Assembly (NCBI GenBank): GCA_964514135.1
Contig: CAZEPL010000003.1
Span: forward strand, 6,549 to 70,548
Reading direction: 5' to 3'
DNA: 64,000 nt
Source of the DNA: an uncultured Spirochaetaceae bacterium
Lineage (GTDB): Bacteria > Spirochaetota > Spirochaetia > SZUA-6 > RPPD01
Shown piece after piece: positions 27,922-38,007 of this stretch. Position 1 is the first letter of the stretch. Each line of letters starts with the position of its first letter. The notes beneath the pieces are model-generated. The model was not told the origin of the DNA, made no database searches, and saw only the letters and a list, made by a program, of their open reading frames with translations. A program made the translations under genes and the position numbers.

Positions 27922-29750
27922 CCCAGTCCTACATAGAGCATCATATGCAGAGGCACATAAGAAATACCATCGGGTTCGTCTAAACGCAAGGTTACGGCGT
28001 CAAAGAGAATACCGGTATCAAGATAAAAAGGCATATCACTCATACGGTTGGTAAAATAAAATTTCATACCCGCATTAATCATGGCCCCAAAATAGAGATA
28101 AGGTCCGAAATTATAATCAACACCCATATCAGTTATGGTTATTGCAGGGGTGTACGATGCCGAAACCAGGAGACCGACATAGATATCGCTTTTACTGGAA
28201 CGGAAATAAAATTTTGGTCCCAGAGAAGCATGAAAGTCTATGGCCATCACATCTTCGTCACCCAAAGAGCACGCACCTGCATGTGCACCCACGGCAGCCG
28301 AAAGCGAAATAATAGGATCAAAGATATATTCATATTCGATTCTTAAGGCATTTAAGGGAGTTCGCGGTGTGTTTCTCAACTCCTGCTCCGTAGAACTCGG
28401 TGAGAGGACCTGGTCGCCCAGCATCTGAAGACCCCCCAGCACTGTGAGCACATGCGGCCAGGAACACCTCTTGGCTATAATCCGGTTTTTATAGACCTGC
28501 TTTTCATACGCTGCCAGCTCGGCGGAAACATCACCCTCCTGCTCAAAAATCGGATTACCCGGTTTGGGCAGTACGCGTGAGACCGCTTTACTAAAATTGA
28601 GTGATATATCATCGATGGAATCAAATACGGAAAACCCCGCTTCGCTTATATAGAGTACAGCGTATTTTACGCGCTCTGACTGCACGTCGTACAGGAGCGC
28701 ATGTACAAAAAGTTTTCCCTGGTTTTCCTGATATCTGCCGGCCACAACCAGCTCGGCACCGTTTTTCGCAGCCAGACCGAGATCCGGATAATCGCTTCGA
28801 CCGGGATTGCTGTTCTGTCCGGCGATCCGGATAACCTTTAAATCCTTATCTTTAATGAAGTTAACGTTAAAGGTACTTAAAAATATATTTCCGTAGGGAT
28901 TGTAGTTCTCATCCTGAATATTTAAAAAGGGAAATACCATAATGCTGAAGGTATCTTTTTTAGGTACTGTCGTGTCTTTACCCAGAGCTTCAAGCGTATA
29001 GTACTCCTCCTTATTTATTTCAACGGAAATGATTCTCTTAAGTGGTTTATAACCTTCTTTTTCCAAACGCAGCAGATATTTACCCGTCGAAAGCTCTACT
29101 GCTTTGGGTGTGGTACCCCATTCGATATTATCTATAAAGACACGCGCCCCCGCGGGATTACTATTGATGGTAATGCTCCGGCTGCTTTGGGAAAGATACA
29201 TTTTGGGACGGGCTTTGCCGAAGCCAATATAACCGCTGCCTACCCACGGTTCAAAATCTATATAACCTAAAAGCAACTGAACCGCCTTCTGCTGTTCATC
29301 GGGAGTCACCGGAAGATAAGAAAGCTTTCCGTTTTCCGCTATGTCAAAAGAGTAGGGGAACAGAATAACGGCCTGCGGCTTAATCTCATATTGTTTAATA
29401 AGGGGAGCCCCGTTATTCCCTGCCAAACGTACCTGGTAAGATCCTGCCGTAAGCTTTACAGTCTTTATTCCCCATTCACTACATTGCAGCTCTACCGCAG
29501 CAGTCGTGGGACCGCTGAACTCGAGACTTCCGGCATTATCGATTTGTTTTCCTCTTGAATTCTGCACAGATTTTTGGCAAATGATCACAACAAGGGACTC
29601 GTTTGAATTTGAGGGAGCAGGAAATGTACTACAATTACTGAGAATTAAAAGAATAGCAGTTACTACAAATCCTAATTCTTTTTTCATTATATTAAAAATC
29701 AGATGTTTGTCTATAATTATGACATAGTGTGGGTAAATTGTCAAACACAT
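27909..29750 (-). CDS. Exported PEGA-domain protein
   Basis: The PEGA-like segment is ITINSNPAGARVFIDNIEWGTTPKAVELSTGKYLLRLEKEGYKP. The 3' end overlaps the next gene by 13 nt. Confidence 0.45.
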   Translation of the reverse strand: MCLTIYPHYVIIIDKHLIFNIMKKELGFVVTAILLILSNCSTFPAPSNSNESLVVIICQKSVQNSRGKQIDNAGSLEFSGPTTAAVELQCSEWGIKTVKLTAGSYQVRLAGNNGAPLIKQYEIKPQAVILFPYSFDIAENGKLSYLPVTPDEQQKAVQLLLGYIDFEPWVGSGYIGFGKARPKMYLSQSSRSITINSNPAGARVFIDNIEWGTTPKAVELSTGKYLLRLEKEGYKPLKRIISVEINKEEYYTLEALGKDTTVPKKDTFSIMVFPFLNIQDENYNPYGNIFLSTFNVNFIKDKDLKVIRIAGQNSNPGRSDYPDLGLAAKNGAELVVAGRYQENQGKLFVHALLYDVQSERVKYAVLYISEAGFSVFDSIDDISLNFSKAVSRVLPKPGNPIFEQEGDVSAELAAYEKQVYKNRIIAKRCSWPHVLTVLGGLQMLGDQVLSPSSTEQELRNTPRTPLNALRIEYEYIFDPIISLSAAVGAHAGACSLGDEDVMAIDFHASLGPKFYFRSSKSDIYVGLLVSASYTPAITITDMGVDYNFGPYLYFGAMINAGMKFYFTNRMSDMPFYLDTGILFDAVTLRLDEPDGISYVPLHMMLYVGLGWHL

Positions 29751-29906
29751 GAATGGACGACCTTAAGATACTTTGCTGTTATTTTTAGCGTTTCCAGTAG
29801 CATTATTTATTTTGCTACTATTTTTGCCAATAAATACTTATATTTTTCATAATTGGGATTAAAATTCAATCGACCTCAAACCTGTTCCAAAGAGAAGGGA
29901 TACTGA

Positions 29907-31106
29907 ATGAATAAAGAAAAAGCACAGATTCCGGAATGTACAACCGGTACGCACAAGCTGCTGCCCTGGCTGCAGACAGGATCGCTCTACCTTGTTTACC
30001 TGCTTTTAGGAATGAATTTGGTTTCCGTTGGTCCGTGTATCAACGATCTTTCCGCCCAGAACGGTGTTGATGTGGAACAGTTCAGTCTTATTTTTATTAT
30101 CCGCACCATAGGAGCACTGGTGGGTTCTTTGTTTGGGGTCAGGCTCTATGACCGCCTTTCAGCAAAAACAATTCTGCTTTTTATCCTTGTTTCCTCGGGA
30201 GTTTTTTTTGCGGGCATTCCTCTATTCACGACCTTTTTTGTTACAGCTTCATTGTTCTTTTTAATAGGAATTTCCTACAGTCTGTGCACCGCAGGCGGCA
30301 ATATAATAATCACTCGGCTTCACGGTAAGCGCTCCGCGTCTTTCCTTAGCGGTCTGCACTTTTCTTTTGGAATCGGCGCTTTTTTAATTCCGCTGGTCAT
30401 CTCTCAAATTCGTCTGCACACAGGTACAGCAGTCTATACCTACTGGTTTATTGCAGCATCTGCTTTACTTGTTGCTCTCATTGTCGCCGTGCTTCCCCCT
30501 CTTCCGGCCGGTAAAAAGCCGGCCGCACACATTAATCAAGACATTAAGCAGGCATTTATTATATTTTCCGTAGTTTTCTTTTTCTTCTTTGTGGGCGTTG
30601 AGCTTGCTTTCGGAGTGTGGATCTATAACTATTCACTTGTAAGGGAAGTCGCCGATGATCAATCCGCCGCCTACCTTACCTCTCTTTTTTACGGGGTGTA
30701 TACGGCAACCCGCTTTGTGATCATTCCGTTTGCAGCACGGTTCGATAATAGAAAAATCTTTATTCTCTTTCTTACGGGAGGACTGGCAAGCTTTATCGTG
30801 ATGTTAGTGTCTCCGGCTGTTCCGTGGCTTATTTTTGCTATTACAGCAGTTATTGGTTTTTTCCTGGCGCCGATCGTTCCCCTTACTATTTCGCTGATAG
30901 AAAAGAAGTCGGGTTTAACAGGCAGAATTGCAGGATTACTGCAGGTGGGAATGGTAACAGGAGGGATGGTCTTCCCCTGGATAATCGGACAGCTGCTTAA
31001 ACCGGCAGGTCATTTTTTCTTACCCCTGATTCTGAGCTTGAGCATGGCCATGGCATTGGGTTTGGGAATCGTACTTGTATCCATAAAGACCGATAAAAAT
31101 AAATGA
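29907..31106 (+). CDS. MFS transporter
   Basis: About 12 TM helices are present, with an RLYDRLSAK-type loop. Confidence 0.7.
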   Translation: MNKEKAQIPECTTGTHKLLPWLQTGSLYLVYLLLGMNLVSVGPCINDLSAQNGVDVEQFSLIFIIRTIGALVGSLFGVRLYDRLSAKTILLFILVSSGVFFAGIPLFTTFFVTASLFFLIGISYSLCTAGGNIIITRLHGKRSASFLSGLHFSFGIGAFLIPLVISQIRLHTGTAVYTYWFIAASALLVALIVAVLPPLPAGKKPAAHINQDIKQAFIIFSVVFFFFFVGVELAFGVWIYNYSLVREVADDQSAAYLTSLFYGVYTATRFVIIPFAARFDNRKIFILFLTGGLASFIVMLVSPAVPWLIFAITAVIGFFLAPIVPLTISLIEKKSGLTGRIAGLLQVGMVTGGMVFPWIIGQLLKPAGHFFLPLILSLSMAMALGLGIVLVSIKTDKNK

Positions 31107-31192
31107 CAACCATATATTATTCTTGCAGTAAACTTTTTTTTAGATTACCATAGGCTTGGATATTATAGAAAAAAGCGATTTATGGAGGTGGT

Positions 31193-31807
31193 ATGCGGGA
31201 AAAAATTATGATTATCGCTGCCAGAAGCGTATTTATTCTCGGTATATTATTGTTCGCCACAGCCATGTTTCTGCTCAATCACAACGAGTTTGCGCAGAGC
31301 TCGTTGAAAGCGGAAAGAGCTCTGCTTGATTTGGAGTTGGAACAAAAATACAAGGTTACGCCGGCGCAAAAACCCTTTGATTTTTCCGCATTATTACCTG
31401 AACCTGTAATGCCGCCTGAAACTGCCGAAGCCGCAGAAAATGAGGCCTATGAGCAGCGGCTAAAAGAGTATGAAGAATTGAAAAAGCAGGAAGAGGAATA
31501 TTTTTCAGCCGCACAAAAAGAATATGATCAATTAATGCGGCAGCAGGACTATAAGATAAAACTCAATAATTATTATAAAAGTAAAGAATCATACGCTTTT
31601 TATGAGAAAAAACGCGAGCTTGATACGAAGATTGTAGTACAGGAAGCAGCCACCGCTCTGGTTTCCCATAAATATGTGTTGCAGTATATCGGTATAATCC
31701 TTATCTTGATAGGCGCGGCAGGAATACTGATTCTCGGTGAAAATTGGGAAAGAGCCGCCCTGCTTGTGTTTCTTGGATTTGCCTTCAGGACAATAGTAGG
31801 ATTATAG
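31193..31807 (+). CDS. Hypothetical membrane-anchored coiled-coil protein
   Basis: An N-terminal TM segment, a charged coiled-coil region and a C-terminal TM segment are present. Confidence 0.4.
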   Translation: MREKIMIIAARSVFILGILLFATAMFLLNHNEFAQSSLKAERALLDLELEQKYKVTPAQKPFDFSALLPEPVMPPETAEAAENEAYEQRLKEYEELKKQEEEYFSAAQKEYDQLMRQQDYKIKLNNYYKSKESYAFYEKKRELDTKIVVQEAATALVSHKYVLQYIGIILILIGAAGILILGENWERAALLVFLGFAFRTIVGL

Positions 31808-31858
31808 CGTACAATATCCAAATAATTTGACAAAATATATTTCAGGAGGTATTTAAAG

Positions 31859-32467
31859 ATGTCTAAAATAAAACTAAAACTGATTTTTTTCTTAAGTATT
31901 ATTGCTGTAAGCATATTTTGTACGACATGCAAGTCCGCACCGGCCGCCAGCCTTGCACACGAAGATAATATAAAAAAATCCATGACCATAGCCGGTTACA
32001 CTTACGAGCTTCCGACATGGTGGGATTCCGTACAAGTAACCGTGCCCCAGACTTTGAAGAATGAAAATGATGTAAGGGATTTCGTGGGACAGAATTACGG
32101 AGCGGACACGGGCACAAAGAAGACCTGGAAACAGGCCCTTAAAACATGGGCCCTGGCCTGCCAGCGGTTCAATATATTCCCTATTTACCTCGGGCACTGC
32201 CATCGGGTAGGCGAAGAATTTGAACGCGCTGCCCAAATATTCGCGGATCTCTATCAGCTTGCCGATACTCAGAAGCAAAACAGGGATTGGTATAGGGTAT
32301 ACCTTGCCTACAATGCGGGAGAACTCTACGCTCAACTGGGAAATAAGGATAAAGCCAAACTATGGTTTTCACGGGCCGCGGAGTACGTCGGTTATTCCGA
32401 TTCTTCGATTAAATACTACGCGGGAGTGGCTGCCAACCGCCTTAAGGCACTGGAAAAGAATAAATAA
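31859..32467 (+). CDS. Hypothetical lipoprotein with a TPR-like C-terminus
   Basis: The lipobox is SIFCTTC. The RBS is AGGAGG. Confidence 0.45.
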   Translation: MSKIKLKLIFFLSIIAVSIFCTTCKSAPAASLAHEDNIKKSMTIAGYTYELPTWWDSVQVTVPQTLKNENDVRDFVGQNYGADTGTKKTWKQALKTWALACQRFNIFPIYLGHCHRVGEEFERAAQIFADLYQLADTQKQNRDWYRVYLAYNAGELYAQLGNKDKAKLWFSRAAEYVGYSDSSIKYYAGVAANRLKALEKNK

Positions 32468-32478
32468 CGTCGCCCTCA

Positions 32479-33609
32479 TTATTCAAGCACATGAATGTTC
32501 TTTTTTCTACACATGTCTTTTAATATCTTAGGCCATACGGAAACAGTGACCTCTCCGAGGTGCGCGGCTCGTAAAAGATACATAAAGGTCCGGGCCTGAC
32601 CGATACCCCCTCCTATGCTTAAGGGAATCTGATCATTCATAATCATGTTATGATATGGAAGTTTGAGAAAATCCGTCTGACCTGTTATTTCCAACTGTTT
32701 CTTAAGCGTATCTTTGGTTACGCGAATGCCCATAGAGGTGAGCTCATGGCGGCGCTTTGTTACCGGATTCCATACAAGGATATCCCCGTTTAGTCCGTGC
32801 ATCGGCCTTCCATTTTCCGATACGGTTTCCGTAACCCAATCATCATAATCAGCGGCTCTCATTTCGTGCGGATAGCCGTCTTTTAGTATCCAGCCTATTC
32901 CTATAATAAAAACAGCCGGATATTCCTGCAATATTTTTTCTTCCCGCGCTTTTCGCGGCAGATCGGGAAATTTTTCAAGTATTTCTTCCGCATGCAGAAA
33001 AGTCAGCTCTTCGGGAATTTCAGAATACTTGGGGGTGGAAAGCTGTGGAAAAAGCTTTCTTGCATGCTGCCCCGCCCCCCGAATCACCTTCCATATTTTC
33101 CTCACTATTTCTTTAAGCAAGTCCGGATTACGCTGGTCGGCTGTAATTACTCTTTCCCAGTCCCACTGATCCACATAACATGAATGATCATGGTCCAAAA
33201 AATAATCCTTTCTTACGGCCCTCATATCCGTGCAGATGCCCTCCCCCGGTTTGCAGTCAAACTGCTTCAGGGCAAACCTTTTCCACTTGGTAGCCGCCTG
33301 GACTACTTGCGCATCAATGGGATTCTTATCATAATCATTGGAGATGTGGAAACCGATAGGGGTGCGGGATCCGTCCCGGTCAAGCAGATCGTTCATACCG
33401 CTGTCACGGTCTACAATTAAGGGAACCTGCACCATCTGCAGGTTTAGTTCTTTACACAGATTCTCTTCAATATAATTTTTTACTGCAAAAACCGCCTTCA
33501 TTCTTTCCATGGGGGATAGTAACGGTTTATAATCATCGGGCAGTATTTTCTCAAGTTCAGCATAATCACCGATGCCCGGTCCCGCTAAATCCGCTTTTTT
33601 ATCTGACAT
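32479..33609 (-). CDS. asnA: Aspartate--ammonia ligase (asparagine synthetase A)
   Basis: VDQWDWERV, GDILVWNPV, SSMGIRV and IGGGIGQAR match the E. coli AsnA signature blocks. Confidence 0.85.
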   Translation of the reverse strand: MSDKKADLAGPGIGDYAELEKILPDDYKPLLSPMERMKAVFAVKNYIEENLCKELNLQMVQVPLIVDRDSGMNDLLDRDGSRTPIGFHISNDYDKNPIDAQVVQAATKWKRFALKQFDCKPGEGICTDMRAVRKDYFLDHDHSCYVDQWDWERVITADQRNPDLLKEIVRKIWKVIRGAGQHARKLFPQLSTPKYSEIPEELTFLHAEEILEKFPDLPRKAREEKILQEYPAVFIIGIGWILKDGYPHEMRAADYDDWVTETVSENGRPMHGLNGDILVWNPVTKRRHELTSMGIRVTKDTLKKQLEITGQTDFLKLPYHNMIMNDQIPLSIGGGIGQARTFMYLLRAAHLGEVTVSVWPKILKDMCRKKNIHVLE

Positions 33610-33711
33610 AACAAATACTCCTTTACATGTATATTATTTATTCCTGCCGGAGCAAGAATTATAGGTACAAATAAAATATTATTTTTTGAGGGTGTGTTCA
33701 ATACTGCCTTC

Positions 33712-34521
33712 TCAATACAAAGGCTCATAATAGCCGCGGCATTCCAAAACCAGATCCCCTGCCGTATTTTCCGGTATGCTGAATTTAAGCTCAACAGCAT
33801 CTCCCTTTTTCAACACCAGGTATGAATCGTTGATATTTATAAGCTCGGCCGGACACTCAAGCGGCTGCAAAGAAGTCTGGCCTACCTTTAAGTTTATATA
33901 GTTTAAATACGTTATTTCATAGAGACTTTCTTCTATTCTGATAACAAGCTCATTGTTATGAATAAAAGAAGCAGAAATGCTTCTGCTATCGGTTTTTTCG
34001 TTATCCTTATTAATATTCTTGCCTATGATCTCACCCAGTTTTATAAACTCCGAAACGTTATACGCAAATATGTGGGGACAGGCCATGCCTATGGATTCCA
34101 TATATCCTGTCTGTTTTGATAGATTGACGATGGTTTTGGAATCAACATCAGCTTTATAGATATTCCCCTCATAATTCTCATCATATTCCGTAAAAATAAA
34201 ACCCTTACCCCGATTTATCCAACCATAACAGTGAATCTCACCGGACGAAAGAGATATGATTTTTTCATAAACAAATGTCACGATATCCATTACATACAAA
34301 TCCGTGTTTTCATTCTTCGTAGCGCAAAACATGATTTTTTTACTGTCCGGTGACCATCTATATTGGTTGTTCTGCTCCCCTTTAAAACCCAAAAAAGCAA
34401 ATCCCCTTTCCACTCTTTGGCCGCTCTCATCGACCTGAGATGAAGTTACATACATAAACACAAATAAAAACAGCAGAATAAGAAAAACATATCTTCCGCG
34501 TAATGACCTTTTATACAGCAT
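33712..34521 (-). CDS. Secreted TolB-like (PD40 beta-propeller repeat) protein
   Basis: After the signal peptide, a PD40-like repeat WSPDSKKIMFCATKNENTDLYVMD is present. Confidence 0.4.
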   Translation of the reverse strand: MLYKRSLRGRYVFLILLFLFVFMYVTSSQVDESGQRVERGFAFLGFKGEQNNQYRWSPDSKKIMFCATKNENTDLYVMDIVTFVYEKIISLSSGEIHCYGWINRGKGFIFTEYDENYEGNIYKADVDSKTIVNLSKQTGYMESIGMACPHIFAYNVSEFIKLGEIIGKNINKDNEKTDSRSISASFIHNNELVIRIEESLYEITYLNYINLKVGQTSLQPLECPAELININDSYLVLKKGDAVELKFSIPENTAGDLVLECRGYYEPLY

Positions 34522-34549
34522 ATGACCTTCCTTAATAAAAGCAGGCAGC

Positions 34550-34741
34550 TTACCTTCCCCTGTCCGCGATTAAACTACCGCCCGAGCCTACATTTTCCGG
34601 CGGATTTTCTTTTATTATTACCGTAAATACGGTACGCGGTAGCTTGTAGGCTTTTTCTAACGCATCCGTTACATCTTTTACTAAAATCCTCTTAATATTG
34701 ATATCCCGGATTTTGGGTCCCTCGATGGTTGCATTAGGCAT
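34550..34741 (-). CDS. Tautomerase (4-oxalocrotonate tautomerase family)
   Basis: A Pro1 N-terminus follows the internal Met (MPNATIEGP...). The length is about 63 aa. Confidence 0.55.
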   Translation of the reverse strand: MPNATIEGPKIRDINIKRILVKDVTDALEKAYKLPRTVFTVIIKENPPENVGSGGSLIADRGR

Positions 34742-34992
34742 AAACCGCTCCTTTCGTAAAAATTCTAAAACAATGGAGTGAAAATAGATTATCACTCGAG
34801 CTGTTATTTCCCGCCGCAGAGATCGTCCTCTTCACCGAAGCAGACAACAGCATCCTGAGTCTTAATTGTATTATCCATTATAAACAAATCAGGGCCGATT
34901 TAAAAGAATTTTTACCAGTATCAATTATTCTTTACAATTCGGAATATTATCTGTACAATCGACACAAAGAAATAATAAGGAGGAACTACTGT

Positions 34993-35424
34993 ATGAAAAA
35001 AAAGACTGCATCGCGAAAGGTCACCCTCACTCCTGTCACTTTATTGATGCTTAGTCTGGGTGTTTTCTTTATCCTGCTCGGTCTGATGGGTGTGCTGCCC
35101 ACTGTTCAGGAAAGTGTTTTTTCATTGACAGATACATACCTGTATATTGAAGTGCTATTTGGCATCGTGGAGATTGCTTTCGGTGTATTTCTGATTAGCA
35201 GTCTGTTCACTTTCTTCACCAAGAAAATCAAGTATACGATGAGTTTTCTTATATTCGTTTTCTGGGCTGCGCGGATCATTTTTTCGAAAGTTATCTGGGG
35301 ATTTGCCATCACCAGCAGCGGTATCCGGTTTACACCCGACTTCGGCACATGGCTGCTTATATTAAGTTGCGAGCTGATTATTGCCGCTTGCCTTTGGATT
35401 AATGTGAAAGCAAACCAAACGTAG
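34993..35424 (+). CDS. Hypothetical membrane protein
   Basis: Four predicted TM helices are present. Confidence 0.4.
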   Translation: MKKKTASRKVTLTPVTLLMLSLGVFFILLGLMGVLPTVQESVFSLTDTYLYIEVLFGIVEIAFGVFLISSLFTFFTKKIKYTMSFLIFVFWAARIIFSKVIWGFAITSSGIRFTPDFGTWLLILSCELIIAACLWINVKANQT

Positions 35425-35427
35425 GTC

Positions 35428-35964
35428 TTGAAGTATTTTATAAAAAACCTATATACTCTTTTTCTTCTTGTGTGCGTGCTTTTTTTTGCCATGTGCAGTG
35501 GAAATACAGATCCTTCTGAGATTAAAATTGAGTCAGTTCGAACCTCGAGCACCCTCTATTCCGACGATGACAGGTACGTGGCGGACAATTTAATTGACAG
35601 AACCTTAAAAGCATGGAGTGAGGGAGAAGCAGGAAGCGGAATCGGTGAAATTATTAATATATTTTTCAGTAATGAGGTTACCATATCATCTTTCTATATA
35701 TATAACGCTATACCGAAAGATTTCTACGAGAATAACAGGGTAAAAACGCTTTCCGTAAACAATCAAAAGGTGCGGGTGGAGGACCGGAACGGATTGCAGC
35801 AGGTCACTCTTCCCCAACCTATCACAGATAGTGAGCCGGGGTTAGTTATCGAGGCTGTGTATCCCGGCGACATGTGGGACGATACCTGCATAACCGAAAT
35901 CTGTTTTGAAAACAAAGAGCTGTTCGCTACTAACGATCAAAGATATAAAAATATTTCTTTCTAA
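35428..35964 (+). CDS. Hypothetical lipoprotein
   Basis: The lipobox is FFAMCSGN. Confidence 0.4.
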   Translation: MKYFIKNLYTLFLLVCVLFFAMCSGNTDPSEIKIESVRTSSTLYSDDDRYVADNLIDRTLKAWSEGEAGSGIGEIINIFFSNEVTISSFYIYNAIPKDFYENNRVKTLSVNNQKVRVEDRNGLQQVTLPQPITDSEPGLVIEAVYPGDMWDDTCITEICFENKELFATNDQRYKNISF

Positions 35965-36028
35965 GAATGATTACAGTGATCAACCGTGTATAGTGTATTT
36001 CGGTGAACTATCCCAAGATATATTAAGT

Positions 36029-36150
36029 GAGGAAATTGCAAAACTCAAAATATATTAACTTAGTAAAATACTTATTCTCTATACCATAATAAGTTAGCAA
36101 TTTCCATTTTAGGAGCTTCTTGCAAAAATAACATTTTTGCAAGAAGCTCA
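36029..36150 (+). repeat. MITE-like element copy A: 9-bp TIRs (GGAAATTGC...GCAATTTCC) plus an adjacent 16-bp stem hairpin
   Basis: It aligns with 39764-39840 and with the reverse complement of 61095-61214. Confidence 0.75.
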
Positions 36151-36186
36151 GAGAATAAGAAATAAACACTCACTTAAACCGGCGAA

Positions 36187-36915
36187 TTATTCAAGAGTAA
36201 GAAGTTCCTGATACGTGTAATCCGGAATATATGAAATCTCCCCGGAAATTAACAATTTTATGTTCGTTAAGTAGTAGGTTGTGTGTTTAAATACCTCGAA
36301 GAGCACGTCGATTTTCATCATATTGTATTCGGGCATAATACGAACAAGATCATCAAAGGTAAGATCCTTAAAATACTTATCCACTCGAACACGGATGTCA
36401 TAAAAATAATTTGAAAAAGCCACTTTTGATCTTGAGCTTACGGAAAAAACATGATCGACAAATTGATTGGGATTAAAGACCCATTTATCGATATATTTTA
36501 ATATCTTCCCAACATAAATCCAAAGTGGTATGCCCGCATATTCTTTAAACAAGAGCACAGGATCCAACTCACGCAGAAAATCTTCAATATCCCAAAGGAA
36601 CATATTAAGCTGGTTATAAACGGTTTGAATGATATTCTCACGTTCCGGGACGGCGGTTGTTGTTTTTTTTCCATGCTGTTTATCTAGGCCGCGGCGGGCT
36701 TTTAAAAATAAATCATATTGCTTTCGCCGTTCTTCATCGCTTAATATCGAATAGGCATTGAGCAGTACCTTAAAGTAACCTGCGGATTCGGGTGAATTTT
36801 TATGCTTATCCGGGTGATACGCTTGAGCAAGTTTTCGAAAAGCTCTCTTAATCTCCTGCGGGTCGGCGTCTTCATTCACACACAGTAATTGATAATAATT
36901 TTGCACAACTTGCAT
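36187..36915 (-). CDS. J-domain (DnaJ N-terminal domain) protein with a non-DnaJ C-terminus
   Basis: The J-domain sequence YYQLLCVNEDADPQEIKRAFRKLAQAYHPDK contains the HPD motif. Confidence 0.7.
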   Translation of the reverse strand: MQVVQNYYQLLCVNEDADPQEIKRAFRKLAQAYHPDKHKNSPESAGYFKVLLNAYSILSDEERRKQYDLFLKARRGLDKQHGKKTTTAVPERENIIQTVYNQLNMFLWDIEDFLRELDPVLLFKEYAGIPLWIYVGKILKYIDKWVFNPNQFVDHVFSVSSRSKVAFSNYFYDIRVRVDKYFKDLTFDDLVRIMPEYNMMKIDVLFEVFKHTTYYLTNIKLLISGEISYIPDYTYQELLTLE

Positions 36916-36985
36916 AAGTACTAGATTATATCTTTTGTATCTGTCAGTCCATTATATACCAAGCTGCTTTCGTATAAAAGTATGC

Positions 36986-37250
36986 TTATATAATATAATG
37001 CGGACCGGTATTTGAAGCATGATAGCTGGGCGCTTCAGCTGATATCAACGCATCGGCCAAACTGGAAAGACCGATCAAATGTCCTCCGCCTCGTTTAATC
37101 ATATAAGGGATTACCAAAGCTGCGGTCTTTACCATACCCAGAAGGTTTACATTTATAATATCAACCTCACGGTCCATAGCAGAAAAATCAAGCAGCTCAC
37201 CTATCCCCACACAGTAAACGCATGAAGCACCTGAACCGGAAATTATTACG
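36986..37250 (-). pseudogene. Short-chain dehydrogenase/reductase (SDR) internal fragment
   Basis: The fragment is ...IISGSGASCVY...VNLLGMVKTAALVIPYMIKRGGGHLIGLSS...YHASN. It lacks the N-terminal Rossmann part, and the catalytic YxxxK is degenerate. Confidence 0.45.
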
Positions 37251-37368
37251 AAATTAATAAATCAGATATGAGCGGCAAACTCTTTGTTAAAGTGAGCGAT
37301 TGTATGGGCTGTTATCATAACAATTCGGGGTCTCTAACAATTAAAATAATTATCTCCGAAAAAGATAA

Positions 37369-37620
37369 CTAATCTATTATTTCTAAGATAACCCTCTTTT
37401 TCGATTTGGCGGCAGCGGCACTTAAGATAGTCCTTAATGCCATTGCTATTCTTCCGTGCTTGCCGACAACCTTTCCGATATCACTCTCCGCTACCTTAAG
37501 TTCAAGTATTGTTGATCTCTCCCCCTCTATGCAATTAACCGAAACACTGTCCGGATCATCCACCAATGTTTTCACTATGTATTCAAGAAAATCTTTTTCC
37601 ACAACTTCCTCCTGGTTCAT
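37369..37620 (-). CDS. KH-domain RNA-binding protein (KhpA/YlqC-like)
   Basis: The KH motif is ...IGKVVGKHGRIAMALRTIL..., and the length is 83 aa. Confidence 0.65.
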   Translation of the reverse strand: MNQEEVVEKDFLEYIVKTLVDDPDSVSVNCIEGERSTILELKVAESDIGKVVGKHGRIAMALRTILSAAAAKSKKRVILEIID

Positions 37621-38007
37621 GTAGTTCCTCTTTACTTAACAAATCTGCAAGAGCTACGCTACTGTTAAATTTTTTAAAACCCAATCAATTCTTAAAATCT
37701 GTCTTTTTTTAAACTGGCAGTGTTAAGAACTTGCTTTTTAGTAACTATGGATCATTATTCCAATAAATTCAATGCCTTTTTGTGAAGAATTGATAGATTG
37801 CGATGTTTTTTTAAACTGCTTGTTTGCCATAAACAGCGCATACAATATAAAAATAAAACGCAAGGACGCATAGAGGTTGCTGCGGGCTTTTTATAACTGC
37901 GCTCTGGTATAATTATCCTTACAGGTATACAATTATAGTACAAGGCCTTGGCCACGAATTGTTTTAATTAAAATAAGGAGGCCAACCGCTATGAAAAAAG
38001 AATCCTT

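Noticed and set aside
33060-33080. Short poly-C run (GCCCCGCCCCCC) inside asnA
   Set aside because: It is interrupted and lies inside a conserved coding region. This is not a credible slippage tract.
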